A DNA stretch of 64,000 nucleotides from a bacterium (GTDB taxonomy: Bacteria > Zhuqueibacterota > Zhuqueibacteria > Residuimicrobiales > Krinioviventaceae): contig CAXXFV010000008.1 of assembly GCA_963674595.2 (NCBI GenBank), positions 64,001 through 128,000 of the forward strand. The letters are read 5' to 3'. Position 1 is the first letter of the stretch; each line of letters begins with the position of its first letter. Position numbers and translations under genes: made by a program. A model generated the notes under the pieces. That model had not been told where the DNA came from and made no database searches. It saw nothing but the letters and a program-made list of their open reading frames with translations. Below are positions 18,790 through 27,615 of this stretch, in pieces.

Positions 18790-20316
18790 TTACAATAAAA
18801 CAGAATGATCATAATCGATACGAAAAATTTCCACAGGTTGACTTTTGCCTTTGACAGTAACCGGATTTAATGTGATTGTCGGGTACGTGCCTTCAAGGTG
18901 TTTAAACATTTCAGTTGGTGCTAAAATTTCGCCGGCCTCTGCAATGGAACAAAGGCGCGATGCCAGATTTACAACATCACCAATTACTGTGTAATCCAAC
19001 CTGGACTGCGAGCCCATATTTCCCATAACAGCCGAACCAATATTCAAACCGCAGCCTACAGTAAAAACAATTTCTCCTTTTTTGAAACGTTTTTTATTCA
19101 GATCTCTAATGGCACGCTGAACTTCTATTGCCGCTTGTACGGCATTGTCCGCTTGCTTTTCACCGAGAAAAATCGCCATAACCTGATCACCCATAAATTT
19201 ATCGACAATACCTTTTTTTTCTTCAATAATACGTGATTGAAGATCAAGGTATATATTCACTAATTTTACTATTTCTTCCGGTTTTGATTTTTCCGTTAAC
19301 GCTGTAAAGTTTCGAACATCTGAAAATAACAGTGTAACTTGTCGCTGCTCGCCTGTCGGCGAAAGGTCCATACGGGAACGGTGACGAATCATTTCGACTG
19401 TTAATTTTGAAACAAATTTTTGCATGTGCAATTTTTCCCTCAGGTGGCCAACCATGCTGTTAAATTCGTTTGCCAACTGTCCCAATTCATCATTGGAAAG
19501 CACCGGAATTTCTGATTTTAAATTTCCCGTTGAAACTTTTTTTACGCCAATTGTCAGAACGTCAATTTGTCTTGTCATTCGTTGTGCGACATAAAATATA
19601 GCAATAATTGCTATAATAATTATTAAAAATGTTGCATAGATAATGGACTGGGTGACTCTTTGAATAGGTTTTACAATAATATCTCTAGAGAACCCAAGAG
19701 TCACAGTGCCCAAAAATATTTTCTTACCGTTTTCCCGTTTAATGATGATGGGGTGTATATACTCTATAATTTTTTCTTTACTGCGTTTCATTGTAGTTTT
19801 GAGATTGGAAAACAATACGCTGTCTTTTTCAGAAATTTTTTGATTTATCTGATCAATCGTTGTATGAGCGATGATAGTACCTTCTCTGTCTGTAACTCCC
19901 GTATATAAAAGGCCGGCAATATCTTCTTTCATTATACCAAGAACCGTTTCACGAATATGCCCCAGTGTTTGTGTGTGGCTTTTATCATTTGTCGTGCTTT
20001 GATAAAGTAAAAGGTCGTTTTTTATTGTTTCTGAAACGTGGCGTAATGAAAGATTACAGGTCTGGTCAAGCCTTTCCTGTAAAATTGTTTTTCCATTTTG
20101 AATGATGAGAAATCCAAAAACAGACATTAACAGAGTAAATAACAGCCCAATAATGATGATAAGTTTGATTCTTATTTGCAGTGAAGTGAAAAACCAGCGA
20201 AAATATTTATAAGCCCCGCGAAACCACAATAATTGATAAGCTGTCTTTTTTTGTAATAATTTTAAAAAAGATAAAATTGTATTATTTAGTCTTTGTACGA
20301 TAATTTTAAAAGTCAT
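18790..20316 (-). CDS. Membrane class III adenylate cyclase (2 TM, periplasmic sensor, HAMP, cyclase)
   Basis: Motifs LFSDVRNFT, VDKFMGD and DYTVIGDVVNLASRL. The Lys/Thr specificity pair indicates ATP as substrate. HAMP motif DELGQLANEFNSM. Confidence 0.9.
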   Translation of the reverse strand: MTFKIIVQRLNNTILSFLKLLQKKTAYQLLWFRGAYKYFRWFFTSLQIRIKLIIIIGLLFTLLMSVFGFLIIQNGKTILQERLDQTCNLSLRHVSETIKNDLLLYQSTTNDKSHTQTLGHIRETVLGIMKEDIAGLLYTGVTDREGTIIAHTTIDQINQKISEKDSVLFSNLKTTMKRSKEKIIEYIHPIIIKRENGKKIFLGTVTLGFSRDIIVKPIQRVTQSIIYATFLIIIIAIIAIFYVAQRMTRQIDVLTIGVKKVSTGNLKSEIPVLSNDELGQLANEFNSMVGHLREKLHMQKFVSKLTVEMIRHRSRMDLSPTGEQRQVTLLFSDVRNFTALTEKSKPEEIVKLVNIYLDLQSRIIEEKKGIVDKFMGDQVMAIFLGEKQADNAVQAAIEVQRAIRDLNKKRFKKGEIVFTVGCGLNIGSAVMGNMGSQSRLDYTVIGDVVNLASRLCSIAEAGEILAPTEMFKHLEGTYPTITLNPVTVKGKSQPVEIFRIDYDHSVLL

Positions 20317-20384
20317 GGATGCTTCTTTGTTGCTTTATGTTGATTATATGAATTGCTTTCAAACGATGCATTTTAAATAAAACT

Positions 20385-20654
20385 TTATTCTACAACGATA
20401 ACCTCTTCAACGGTTATTGTCGGTTTTTTGCCGGCATTTTTTATCGTTGTGTTTCCGGCTTTTTTGTTCAGATAGTATGACATGAGTGCCAGTAGAATGA
20501 CCAATATAACCAGTCGGAATGTTGAGCCTTTTTTCGTATGTTTGTTTTTTCGCAACTGTTTAAAACGAATTCGCTTTTCATCCTCGTCTTGCGGTGTGTA
20601 AAACTTGGGTCGATAATTAAATTGTCTTGGTTTATTTATATTTTTAAAAAACAT
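20385..20654 (-). CDS. Small single-TM hypothetical protein
   Basis: ATG 20654 after AGGAG. KPRQFNYRPKFY N-terminus and one TM helix. Confidence 0.7.
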   Translation of the reverse strand: MFFKNINKPRQFNYRPKFYTPQDEDEKRIRFKQLRKNKHTKKGSTFRLVILVILLALMSYYLNKKAGNTTIKNAGKKPTITVEEVIVVE

Positions 20655-20707
20655 GTTTTCTCCTGAAAAATGGATGAATAAATGCATTTATTAATAAAAC
20701 ACAAGAT

Positions 20708-22189
20708 TCACCGTCTAAAATTCGTTAAATTTTCACAAATTTTTTCATGTAAAGATTTGGTAAAATCACCTGAACAGGAATAATTATTAGTCAATATGGA
20801 AAAAGTAAAAAGTTCATTATCTCGTGTTCTGGTATAGCCTGACAATGCTTTAACATGGCCCATAGAGCCTGTTTTGGCAATTGTTTTGTTTGCTGAATTT
20901 GTATTTTTAAAACGGGACTCCAATGTCCCGTCTGTTCCCGCAATTGGAAGACTTTTCATAAATATATCTGCATATACACTTTTTTGCATAAAAGATAATA
21001 GAGTTGTTATAGCTTTTGGTGAAACAAAATTTTTTCTGGATAAACCTGAACCGTCCACAAGAACAAGCTGGTTTTTGTCAATTCCCATTTTTTCACATTC
21101 CTGCCGGATAATTTCAATGCCTGCTTTTGCATTTCCTTGTCCATGAATAATGGCCGCCAGGTTTCGCAGTAAAAGTTCTGCATATAAATTATTACTTTTT
21201 TTGTTGATTATAAAAATGATTTCCGCCAAAGTAGGGGAGTACCATTCACCAAGTATGTTTTCATTTTCATATTTATAATTTTCAAGGCTGTCAATATCGA
21301 TACAGTTTTTGTTTGTTGTAATGTTGTTTGTATTTAAAAAAGATTGAAACAGCGTTGCCGTATAAAGTGCCGGATTATCAATTGTTACGGTGTCATCATA
21401 TTTTTCATCGGAAAACGGTAAACAACCGGAACATTCGATAATATTACTTTGTTCTATTCTTTCAAGATTAATATCGGTTTCAAGGCAGGTGTCTGAACGG
21501 ATGATGTGATTTTTAATTGTGACATAATCTGTTTTTGGGAAAATGGAAATTTCTGTTCTCGAAGCGGATTGTAAACAGGGTGATATTAAAATTTTTACAA
21601 TATTGTCAAAAGATGACAAGGCACTGATTTGGGCAGAAAAGTCATAGGATTGATCATCCCATGCCCAGGCATAACCCAGCTTATGGTCTGTATAATATCG
21701 GTCATCACCTATAATTCGGCCGTTTATCGATGTAATGCCTTTATCCCGAATTTTTGATAAAAAATACATAAAAGCCGTATCCGGATTGAGTTGGACCAAT
21801 GAACTGCCAATTGTCGGGTCGCCGAATCCTTTTAATATAATATCTCCGTTTAGTGTCCCCTGCGAATCTATTTCTCCTGTATAAGATAAACGGGTTGGAA
21901 ATCGATAATCGGGACCCAGTTTTTCGAGCGCTACGGCTGTTGTGAAAAGTTTTGTGTTTGAAGCGGGAATAAAATTTTTGTTTTCGTTATAGGCAAAAAT
22001 AGTTTCTCCCCTATCAATAGATTTTACGGAAATGCCAAAGATTGCCGAGGATAAACCGGGATCGGAAATAATTAAATCTATTTCCTGAGACAATGCCTGT
22101 ATCGGTGATTTTTTAGATGGATGAACCAGATATTGGGTGCAGGAAATAAACTGAAAAATTAATAAAGTTGTAAATAGGTATTTTTTCAT
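20708..22189 (-). CDS. dacB: D-Ala-D-Ala carboxypeptidase/endopeptidase (PBP4, peptidase S13)
   Basis: Motifs PASNTK (SxxK), SNN, DGSGLSR and AKTG. Lipobox FISC. Confidence 0.93.
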   Translation of the reverse strand: MKKYLFTTLLIFQFISCTQYLVHPSKKSPIQALSQEIDLIISDPGLSSAIFGISVKSIDRGETIFAYNENKNFIPASNTKLFTTAVALEKLGPDYRFPTRLSYTGEIDSQGTLNGDIILKGFGDPTIGSSLVQLNPDTAFMYFLSKIRDKGITSINGRIIGDDRYYTDHKLGYAWAWDDQSYDFSAQISALSSFDNIVKILISPCLQSASRTEISIFPKTDYVTIKNHIIRSDTCLETDINLERIEQSNIIECSGCLPFSDEKYDDTVTIDNPALYTATLFQSFLNTNNITTNKNCIDIDSLENYKYENENILGEWYSPTLAEIIFIINKKSNNLYAELLLRNLAAIIHGQGNAKAGIEIIRQECEKMGIDKNQLVLVDGSGLSRKNFVSPKAITTLLSFMQKSVYADIFMKSLPIAGTDGTLESRFKNTNSANKTIAKTGSMGHVKALSGYTRTRDNELFTFSILTNNYSCSGDFTKSLHEKICENLTNFRR

Positions 22190-22336
22190 AGTCGTTTTTA
22201 AATTTTAAAAAATTAATCAAAATTGCGACAATAATCAAGAGCTTTAAATCACTCGATATGCATCTTAATAATCGGTTGATTTTCATTATGATAATATCTA
22301 ACTTTATTGTTGAATTTTTAATGTACAAGAAACGGA

Positions 22337-23140
22337 GTGATTATTTTGAATACTATTGGTGAAAAGTTTGAACGGCTTGTAGAAATTATGGCTATTTTAC
22401 GAAGTGAAAACGGATGTCCGTGGGACAGGGAACAAACCCATAAATCACTGAGGCAACATTTGCTTGAAGAGGCTTATGAAGTTATCGAAACTCTTGATGA
22501 AGAGAATTGGGAAGAGTTGCCTGTTGAATTGGGTGATTTACTGCTTCAGGTTATCTTTCATGCACAAATTGCCGATGAAGTGAATTCTTTTAATATTGGT
22601 GATGTAATTGATGCCATTAATAATAAATTGGAAAGAAGGCATCCACATGTTTTTGGTGATGTTGTTATCCGAACGGCTGAGGAACAGGTCGTTCATTGGG
22701 AAAATTCCAAAATAAAAAAAGAGGGTAAAAAGTCCGCTATTGATGGTGTTCCCAAGCAGTTGCCGGCCCTGGTACGTTCCTATCGAATGCAAAATAAAGC
22801 GGCCACAGTTGGATTTGATTGGGAAAAGATCGAATCTGTTTGGGACAAAGTAGATGAAGAAATGTCTGAATTAAAACAGGCAATTGATACCGGAAATAAA
22901 AATGATATTGAAGATGAACTGGGTGATTTGTTATTTTCTCTGGTAAATGTTTCCCGGTTTTTGCATGTCAATCCGGAGGATGCTCTGCGGCATACCATTG
23001 AAAAGTTTGACAGACGCTTTCGTCAGGTAGAATACGAGTTTAAATCAAACGGCAAATCTATAACCGATGCTTCTCTGGAAGAGATGGACAACGTGTGGGA
23101 AACAATAAAGCAGCAGGAAAAAAACTATTCAGAAAAATAG
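22337..23140 (+). CDS. mazG: Nucleoside triphosphate pyrophosphohydrolase MazG
   Basis: Motifs GCPWDREQT, EEAYE, ELGDLLLQV, RRHPHVF and a second ELGDLLF. Confidence 0.95.
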   Translation: MIILNTIGEKFERLVEIMAILRSENGCPWDREQTHKSLRQHLLEEAYEVIETLDEENWEELPVELGDLLLQVIFHAQIADEVNSFNIGDVIDAINNKLERRHPHVFGDVVIRTAEEQVVHWENSKIKKEGKKSAIDGVPKQLPALVRSYRMQNKAATVGFDWEKIESVWDKVDEEMSELKQAIDTGNKNDIEDELGDLLFSLVNVSRFLHVNPEDALRHTIEKFDRRFRQVEYEFKSNGKSITDASLEEMDNVWETIKQQEKNYSEK

Positions 23141-23607
23141 GGTTTTAACAAATCCCAACTTTCATATAAACCCTGAGAGTTTACTTTTGTATGGCCGGTG
23201 ACAGGCATAAAGTTTGTGTCTCCGCTCCAACGCGGAACAATATGAAAATGTAAATGATCATCAATCCCTGCGCCGGCTATTTTACCCAAATTCATACCGA
23301 TATTTAATCCTTCACAATTGACAGCCTCTTTTAAAATTGCAGCACATTTGGTAACCAAATTCATCATTTCTAAACGTTCTGGATCTGTTAAAAGAGAGAG
23401 GTCAGAAAGATGTCTATAGGGAACGACCATAAGGTGACAATTGTTATAGGGATAGTAATTCATTATTACAAAATTATATTCACCTTTAAATAAAATCAGA
23501 TTTTCTCTTTCTTTTTCAGAAAGGTTTGGTTTTTCGCAAAAAATACATCCCTGCTGTTTTTCTGAAAGAATGTATTCCATTCGCCAGGGAGCCCAAAGTT
23601 TTTCCAT
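23125..23607 (-). CDS. HIT family protein (Ap4A phosphorylase/hydrolase type)
   Basis: Motifs LWAPWRMEYI, CIFC and HLHFHIVPRW. Start placed at ATG 23607. Confidence 0.9.
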   Translation of the reverse strand: MEKLWAPWRMEYILSEKQQGCIFCEKPNLSEKERENLILFKGEYNFVIMNYYPYNNCHLMVVPYRHLSDLSLLTDPERLEMMNLVTKCAAILKEAVNCEGLNIGMNLGKIAGAGIDDHLHFHIVPRWSGDTNFMPVTGHTKVNSQGLYESWDLLKPYFSE

Positions 23608-23625
23608 AATATTGTGTCCTGAATT

Positions 23626-23660
23626 AAAAAAAGCGCAATCTAAAAACAAATAGATTGCGC
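23626..23660 (-). terminator. Rho-independent terminator downstream of the EF-G paralogue
   Basis: Perfect 10-bp stem GCGCAATCTA/TAGATTGCGC followed by T7 on the minus strand. Confidence 0.8.
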
Positions 23661-23684
23661 CCTGTTATATAAATATTTTAAAAG

Positions 23685-25754
23685 TTATTCTTCTTTTGAT
23701 TCCGCAATGACTTTTGCTTCAGCATCTTTTGGAACAGGATCGTAATGTGATAATGTTCGTTTATGTGTAGCTCGTCCCTGTGTTATAGAGCGAAGTTGTG
23801 TTGCATAGTTGTGAAGTTCTGCCAAAGGAACCAGGGCCTTAACGACCTGAAAGCGTCCTTCTGCTTCCATACCCTGAATTTTACCTCTTCGGCTGGACAA
23901 GTCACCCATTACGTCACCCATGTACTCTTCCGGACATTTGATAGCAACTTCATAAATGGGTTCCAATAGAATTGGTTTTGCGTTTTTCATTGCCAGTTTA
24001 AACACTTCCCGTCCGGCAATTTGGAAAGCAATATCTTTAGAATCTACTGGGTGTTCTTTACCGTCATAGACAACAGCTTTAACGTCTACAATTTTATATC
24101 CTGCAATAGCACCTTCGGTTAAAATCTGCTGGATTCCTTTTTCAATTGAAGGAATAAAAACAGAAGAAATGGCGCCTCCAACAACGGCACTTTCAAATTG
24201 AAAACCGCCACCACGCGGCATGGGTTCAATTCGCATCCAAACTTCACCAAATTGACCGGCCCCACCGGACTGTTTTTTATGTCTGTATTTTTCGTCGGCT
24301 TTGCCGGTAATTGTTTCACGATATGGAATTTTGGGTTTCTTTTGTTCAACTTCAACTCCATAACGTTCTTTAAGCCTGTTAATTACGATTAACAGATGCA
24401 TCTCACCTTGTCCGGAAATGATTGTCTGATGAAGTTCCGGATCAACCCTTACAAAAAAGCTGGGATCAATTTCGTGTAAGGTATGCAGACCGTTACCAAT
24501 TTTATCCTCATCACCTTTTGCTTTTGGTTCTACGGCCATATCTACAACCGGTTCAGGGAATTCTATCGGAGCAAAAACAACGGGTTGTTTTTTAGATGCA
24601 AGAGTATTCGCTGTATGTGTATTTTTTAATTTTACCAAAGCGCCGATATCACCGGCTTTTAATGTGGCTATTTCAGTCCTGTTTTTACCGTTTAATACAT
24701 ACATCTGACCGATTTTTTCACTAGAGTCGTTTGAAGTGTTTAGTACTTCATCTCCAGGTTTAATTGAACCAGAGTTGATTCGTACAAGTGAAAGTTCACC
24801 AACGTGCATTTCAGAAATTGTTTTGAAAACAAGCGCTGAAAAGGGTTCATTCTCGTCAATTTTTACCTGAACTTGTTCATCTTTTATTGTGGCCGGGATA
24901 GTGCCAATATCTATAGGAGATGGGCCGTATTCTGCAATAAAATCCATTAATGATTGAACACCCATGTTCTTTGCCGCAGATCCGCAAAGTATTGGATAAA
25001 GTGAACGGGATAATATACCGGCTCTCAATCCTTTTACAATATCGCCTTCTGAAAGTTCACCTTCTTCAAAATATTTTTCAAGTATTTCATCATCACATTC
25101 GGCGATTTTTTCGATCAATGCATTTCTGAGTTCTTCTGCACGATCTTTAAGGTCTGCAGGAATATCTCCTTGTGTGTATGAACCGCTGCTATCACCTTTA
25201 AAGGTCAGCTTTTTCATGCGTAAAACATCAATGATGCTGTCAAATCCTTCACCTTCATTCACCGGGAATTGTACAAGAATACTGTTATTTCCAAAAGTCT
25301 CTATAATTTGCTCGGATGTCTCATTAAATTTGGAATGTTCCCTGTCAAGCAGGTTAACGTAAAACATGCGAGGTGTGCTATATTCTTCCAAAATTTCCCA
25401 GGCTATATCAGCTCCTACTTCGATACCGTGTTGAGAATTGATTAAAACAATAGCCAAATCAGTTACTTTTAATCCGCAGCGGACTTCACCAATAAAGTCA
25501 AGATAACCCGGCATGTCAATAATATTAAATTTTTTCTTATTCCATTCTAAATGTGACAATGCGGCACTGATGGAGATTTTTCGTTCAATTTCGTCTGCTC
25601 TAAAGTCTGAGGTTGTAGAGCCATCATCTATAGTACCAAGTCTATTGGTCTCACCTGCTGAAAATAACATTGCTTCAGCAAGTGTAGTTTTGCCTGTGGA
25701 TTGATGTGATACGAGGCCGATATTTCGGATATCGGTAGGAGCATATTCTTTCAC
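23685..25754 (-). CDS. fusA: Elongation factor G paralogue (EF-G2 type)
   Basis: 689 aa. SHQSTGKTT, ERKISI, DMPGYLDF, GQGEMHL, KQSGGAGQFG and LLEPI. Not adjacent to rpsL/rpsG/tuf. Confidence 0.9.
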   Translation of the reverse strand: MKEYAPTDIRNIGLVSHQSTGKTTLAEAMLFSAGETNRLGTIDDGSTTSDFRADEIERKISISAALSHLEWNKKKFNIIDMPGYLDFIGEVRCGLKVTDLAIVLINSQHGIEVGADIAWEILEEYSTPRMFYVNLLDREHSKFNETSEQIIETFGNNSILVQFPVNEGEGFDSIIDVLRMKKLTFKGDSSGSYTQGDIPADLKDRAEELRNALIEKIAECDDEILEKYFEEGELSEGDIVKGLRAGILSRSLYPILCGSAAKNMGVQSLMDFIAEYGPSPIDIGTIPATIKDEQVQVKIDENEPFSALVFKTISEMHVGELSLVRINSGSIKPGDEVLNTSNDSSEKIGQMYVLNGKNRTEIATLKAGDIGALVKLKNTHTANTLASKKQPVVFAPIEFPEPVVDMAVEPKAKGDEDKIGNGLHTLHEIDPSFFVRVDPELHQTIISGQGEMHLLIVINRLKERYGVEVEQKKPKIPYRETITGKADEKYRHKKQSGGAGQFGEVWMRIEPMPRGGGFQFESAVVGGAISSVFIPSIEKGIQQILTEGAIAGYKIVDVKAVVYDGKEHPVDSKDIAFQIAGREVFKLAMKNAKPILLEPIYEVAIKCPEEYMGDVMGDLSSRRGKIQGMEAEGRFQVVKALVPLAELHNYATQLRSITQGRATHKRTLSHYDPVPKDAEAKVIAESKEE

Positions 25755-25834
25755 TTTGTTCCTCCTAAATGAACTAGAATGTTAGAGTAAAAATATCTAA
25801 AAAATTAACAATTATCCTTTATGTTTTGCTGCGT

Positions 25835-27370
25835 TTAATTCGGTGTTGATCTATTTTTTTCCTGTTCACGCATTCTTAATACTCTTTTTAAAACTCGTCC
25901 TGTCGGACTTTTGGGTATTTCTTTTGAAAATTCAAAGTGTTTAGGTATTTTATAAACCGGTAACCTGTTTCTGCAAAAAGTATCCAGTTCTTCACTTGTA
26001 CATGATAAAGATTCTTTTAATACAACAAAGGCCTTTACTTCAGATCCCTGGATTTTGTCAGGCACTCCAATAACTGCTGTTTCATAAACACTTGTATGTT
26101 CTAACAGGATTTTTTCTATTTCTTCAGGGAATATATGAAATCCGCCTTTAACAATAATATCTTCTTTACGCTGCTGTATATGGAGATAATAATCTTCGTC
26201 CAAATATCCGATATCACCTGTAAAGAGCCAATCATTAACAAGTTTTTTTGTTGTTTCCTGCGGCTTGTTATAATATTGTTTCATAAGTCCGGGACCTTTT
26301 ACCCATATTTCGCCGCTTTCAGTTTGACGAACTTCGATCCCTTCATTGTTACGAATTTCAATTTCAACTCCAATTATCGGCAGGCCGACAGAACCAAATT
26401 TGCGGTCTCTGTCGACTCGGTTACACGCCACTAACGGACCGGCTTCGGAAAGTCCATAAGCTTCTAATATGGTAGCCGGATATTTTTTTTCAAAATCTTC
26501 AATAACCTGCGGGTCCAGTTTTCCGCCGTAACTTATGCAGAATTTTAAAGAGTTGACATCATCTTGAGAAACATCGTAATCTGCCAGGTCTTTAAACATG
26601 CTGGGTGCGGCCGCAAAAAATGAAGTATTGTTTTCTTTGATTGTTTGAACAACAATGTCCGGGGAATATTTCGGCAGCAAACTAATTGATGCACCTGCCA
26701 CAAAAGATGCACCCATTAACATAGTATGGCCTAACGGGTGGAACAATGGCAGTGCCGCAATTATATTTTCATTTTTAGATATTCGAAACATTTCACGGTA
26801 GGTAATAACATTGTTGGCAAGAGCAGCGTGAGTAAGCTCTGCACCTAGAGGAGCATCTGATATGCCTGATGTATAATTGATTACAGCCAGGTCGTCATCA
26901 GATATTTCAATTTGATGTTGCAGCGGTTGAGATTGGGCGATAAGTTGAGTGAGAGCTATACTATCTTTTGGAATATTATTCCCAAGAAAAACGAGTTTTG
27001 GCTTGGATTCCATACTTTCCAGTGCGGATAGTATTTGTGTCTGAAATCCAATCCAGGATATTAAAACTTTTGCACCGCTATCGATAAGGTGATGTTTGAT
27101 TTCATCCGGTTCAAACATTATATTGATAGGGACTACGACAGCACCTATTTCCAGAATGCCATAATACACAATGCAAAAATGAGGAACATTGGGCAGCATT
27201 AAAGCCACCCGGTCTCCTTTCTCGATTCCAAGGTTTTGAAGACCTTTGGCTAATCTTTTTACGGCTTCATAAAGCCGTCCATATTCAATCTTGGTCTCAT
27301 TAAATACAATTGCGATATGGTCTGTATATTGTTCTGCCGTCTTATTCAGATATGATACCAGTGTCGGCAA
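25835..27370 (-). CDS. Long-chain fatty acid-CoA ligase-like AMP-binding protein with degenerate motifs
   Basis: GDRVALMLPN, LPLFH, AYGLSE, GSVG and TGDIG are present. The P-loop reads YTSGISDAPLG. Confidence 0.85.
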   Translation of the reverse strand: MPTLVSYLNKTAEQYTDHIAIVFNETKIEYGRLYEAVKRLAKGLQNLGIEKGDRVALMLPNVPHFCIVYYGILEIGAVVVPINIMFEPDEIKHHLIDSGAKVLISWIGFQTQILSALESMESKPKLVFLGNNIPKDSIALTQLIAQSQPLQHQIEISDDDLAVINYTSGISDAPLGAELTHAALANNVITYREMFRISKNENIIAALPLFHPLGHTMLMGASFVAGASISLLPKYSPDIVVQTIKENNTSFFAAAPSMFKDLADYDVSQDDVNSLKFCISYGGKLDPQVIEDFEKKYPATILEAYGLSEAGPLVACNRVDRDRKFGSVGLPIIGVEIEIRNNEGIEVRQTESGEIWVKGPGLMKQYYNKPQETTKKLVNDWLFTGDIGYLDEDYYLHIQQRKEDIIVKGGFHIFPEEIEKILLEHTSVYETAVIGVPDKIQGSEVKAFVVLKESLSCTSEELDTFCRNRLPVYKIPKHFEFSKEIPKSPTGRVLKRVLRMREQEKNRSTPN

Positions 27371-27450
27371 TATTTATTCCTTTAATAATTGTCAGAATTT
27401 ACCAATTCTTGCAACTAACTTTAATAGACGGTTTTTCAAAAAAGTAAATT

Positions 27451-27479
27451 AAGATACCGCTAAACAAGGAAAATGTCAA
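27451..27479 (-). promoter_or_regulatory. Putative sigma70 promoter of the acyl-CoA ligase-like gene
   Basis: TTGACA-N17-TATCTT on the minus strand. Confidence 0.6.
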
Positions 27480-27541
27480 GAATATTTTAAAATCAGTGCT
27501 TTAGTTAGCTTACAAGCCTTCTTTGTGTTTATATTAATTAC

Positions 27542-27570
27542 TTGAATTTCATTCCTTAAAGTGTTATTAT
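27542..27570 (+). promoter_or_regulatory. Putative sigma70 promoter of the S41 peptidase gene
   Basis: TTGAAT-N17-TATTAT with an extended -10 TG. Confidence 0.55.
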
Positions 27571-27615
27571 ATCCCTGTATATTGTTGGTTTATATTCTAT
27601 TTTGGCTTGTTTTAT

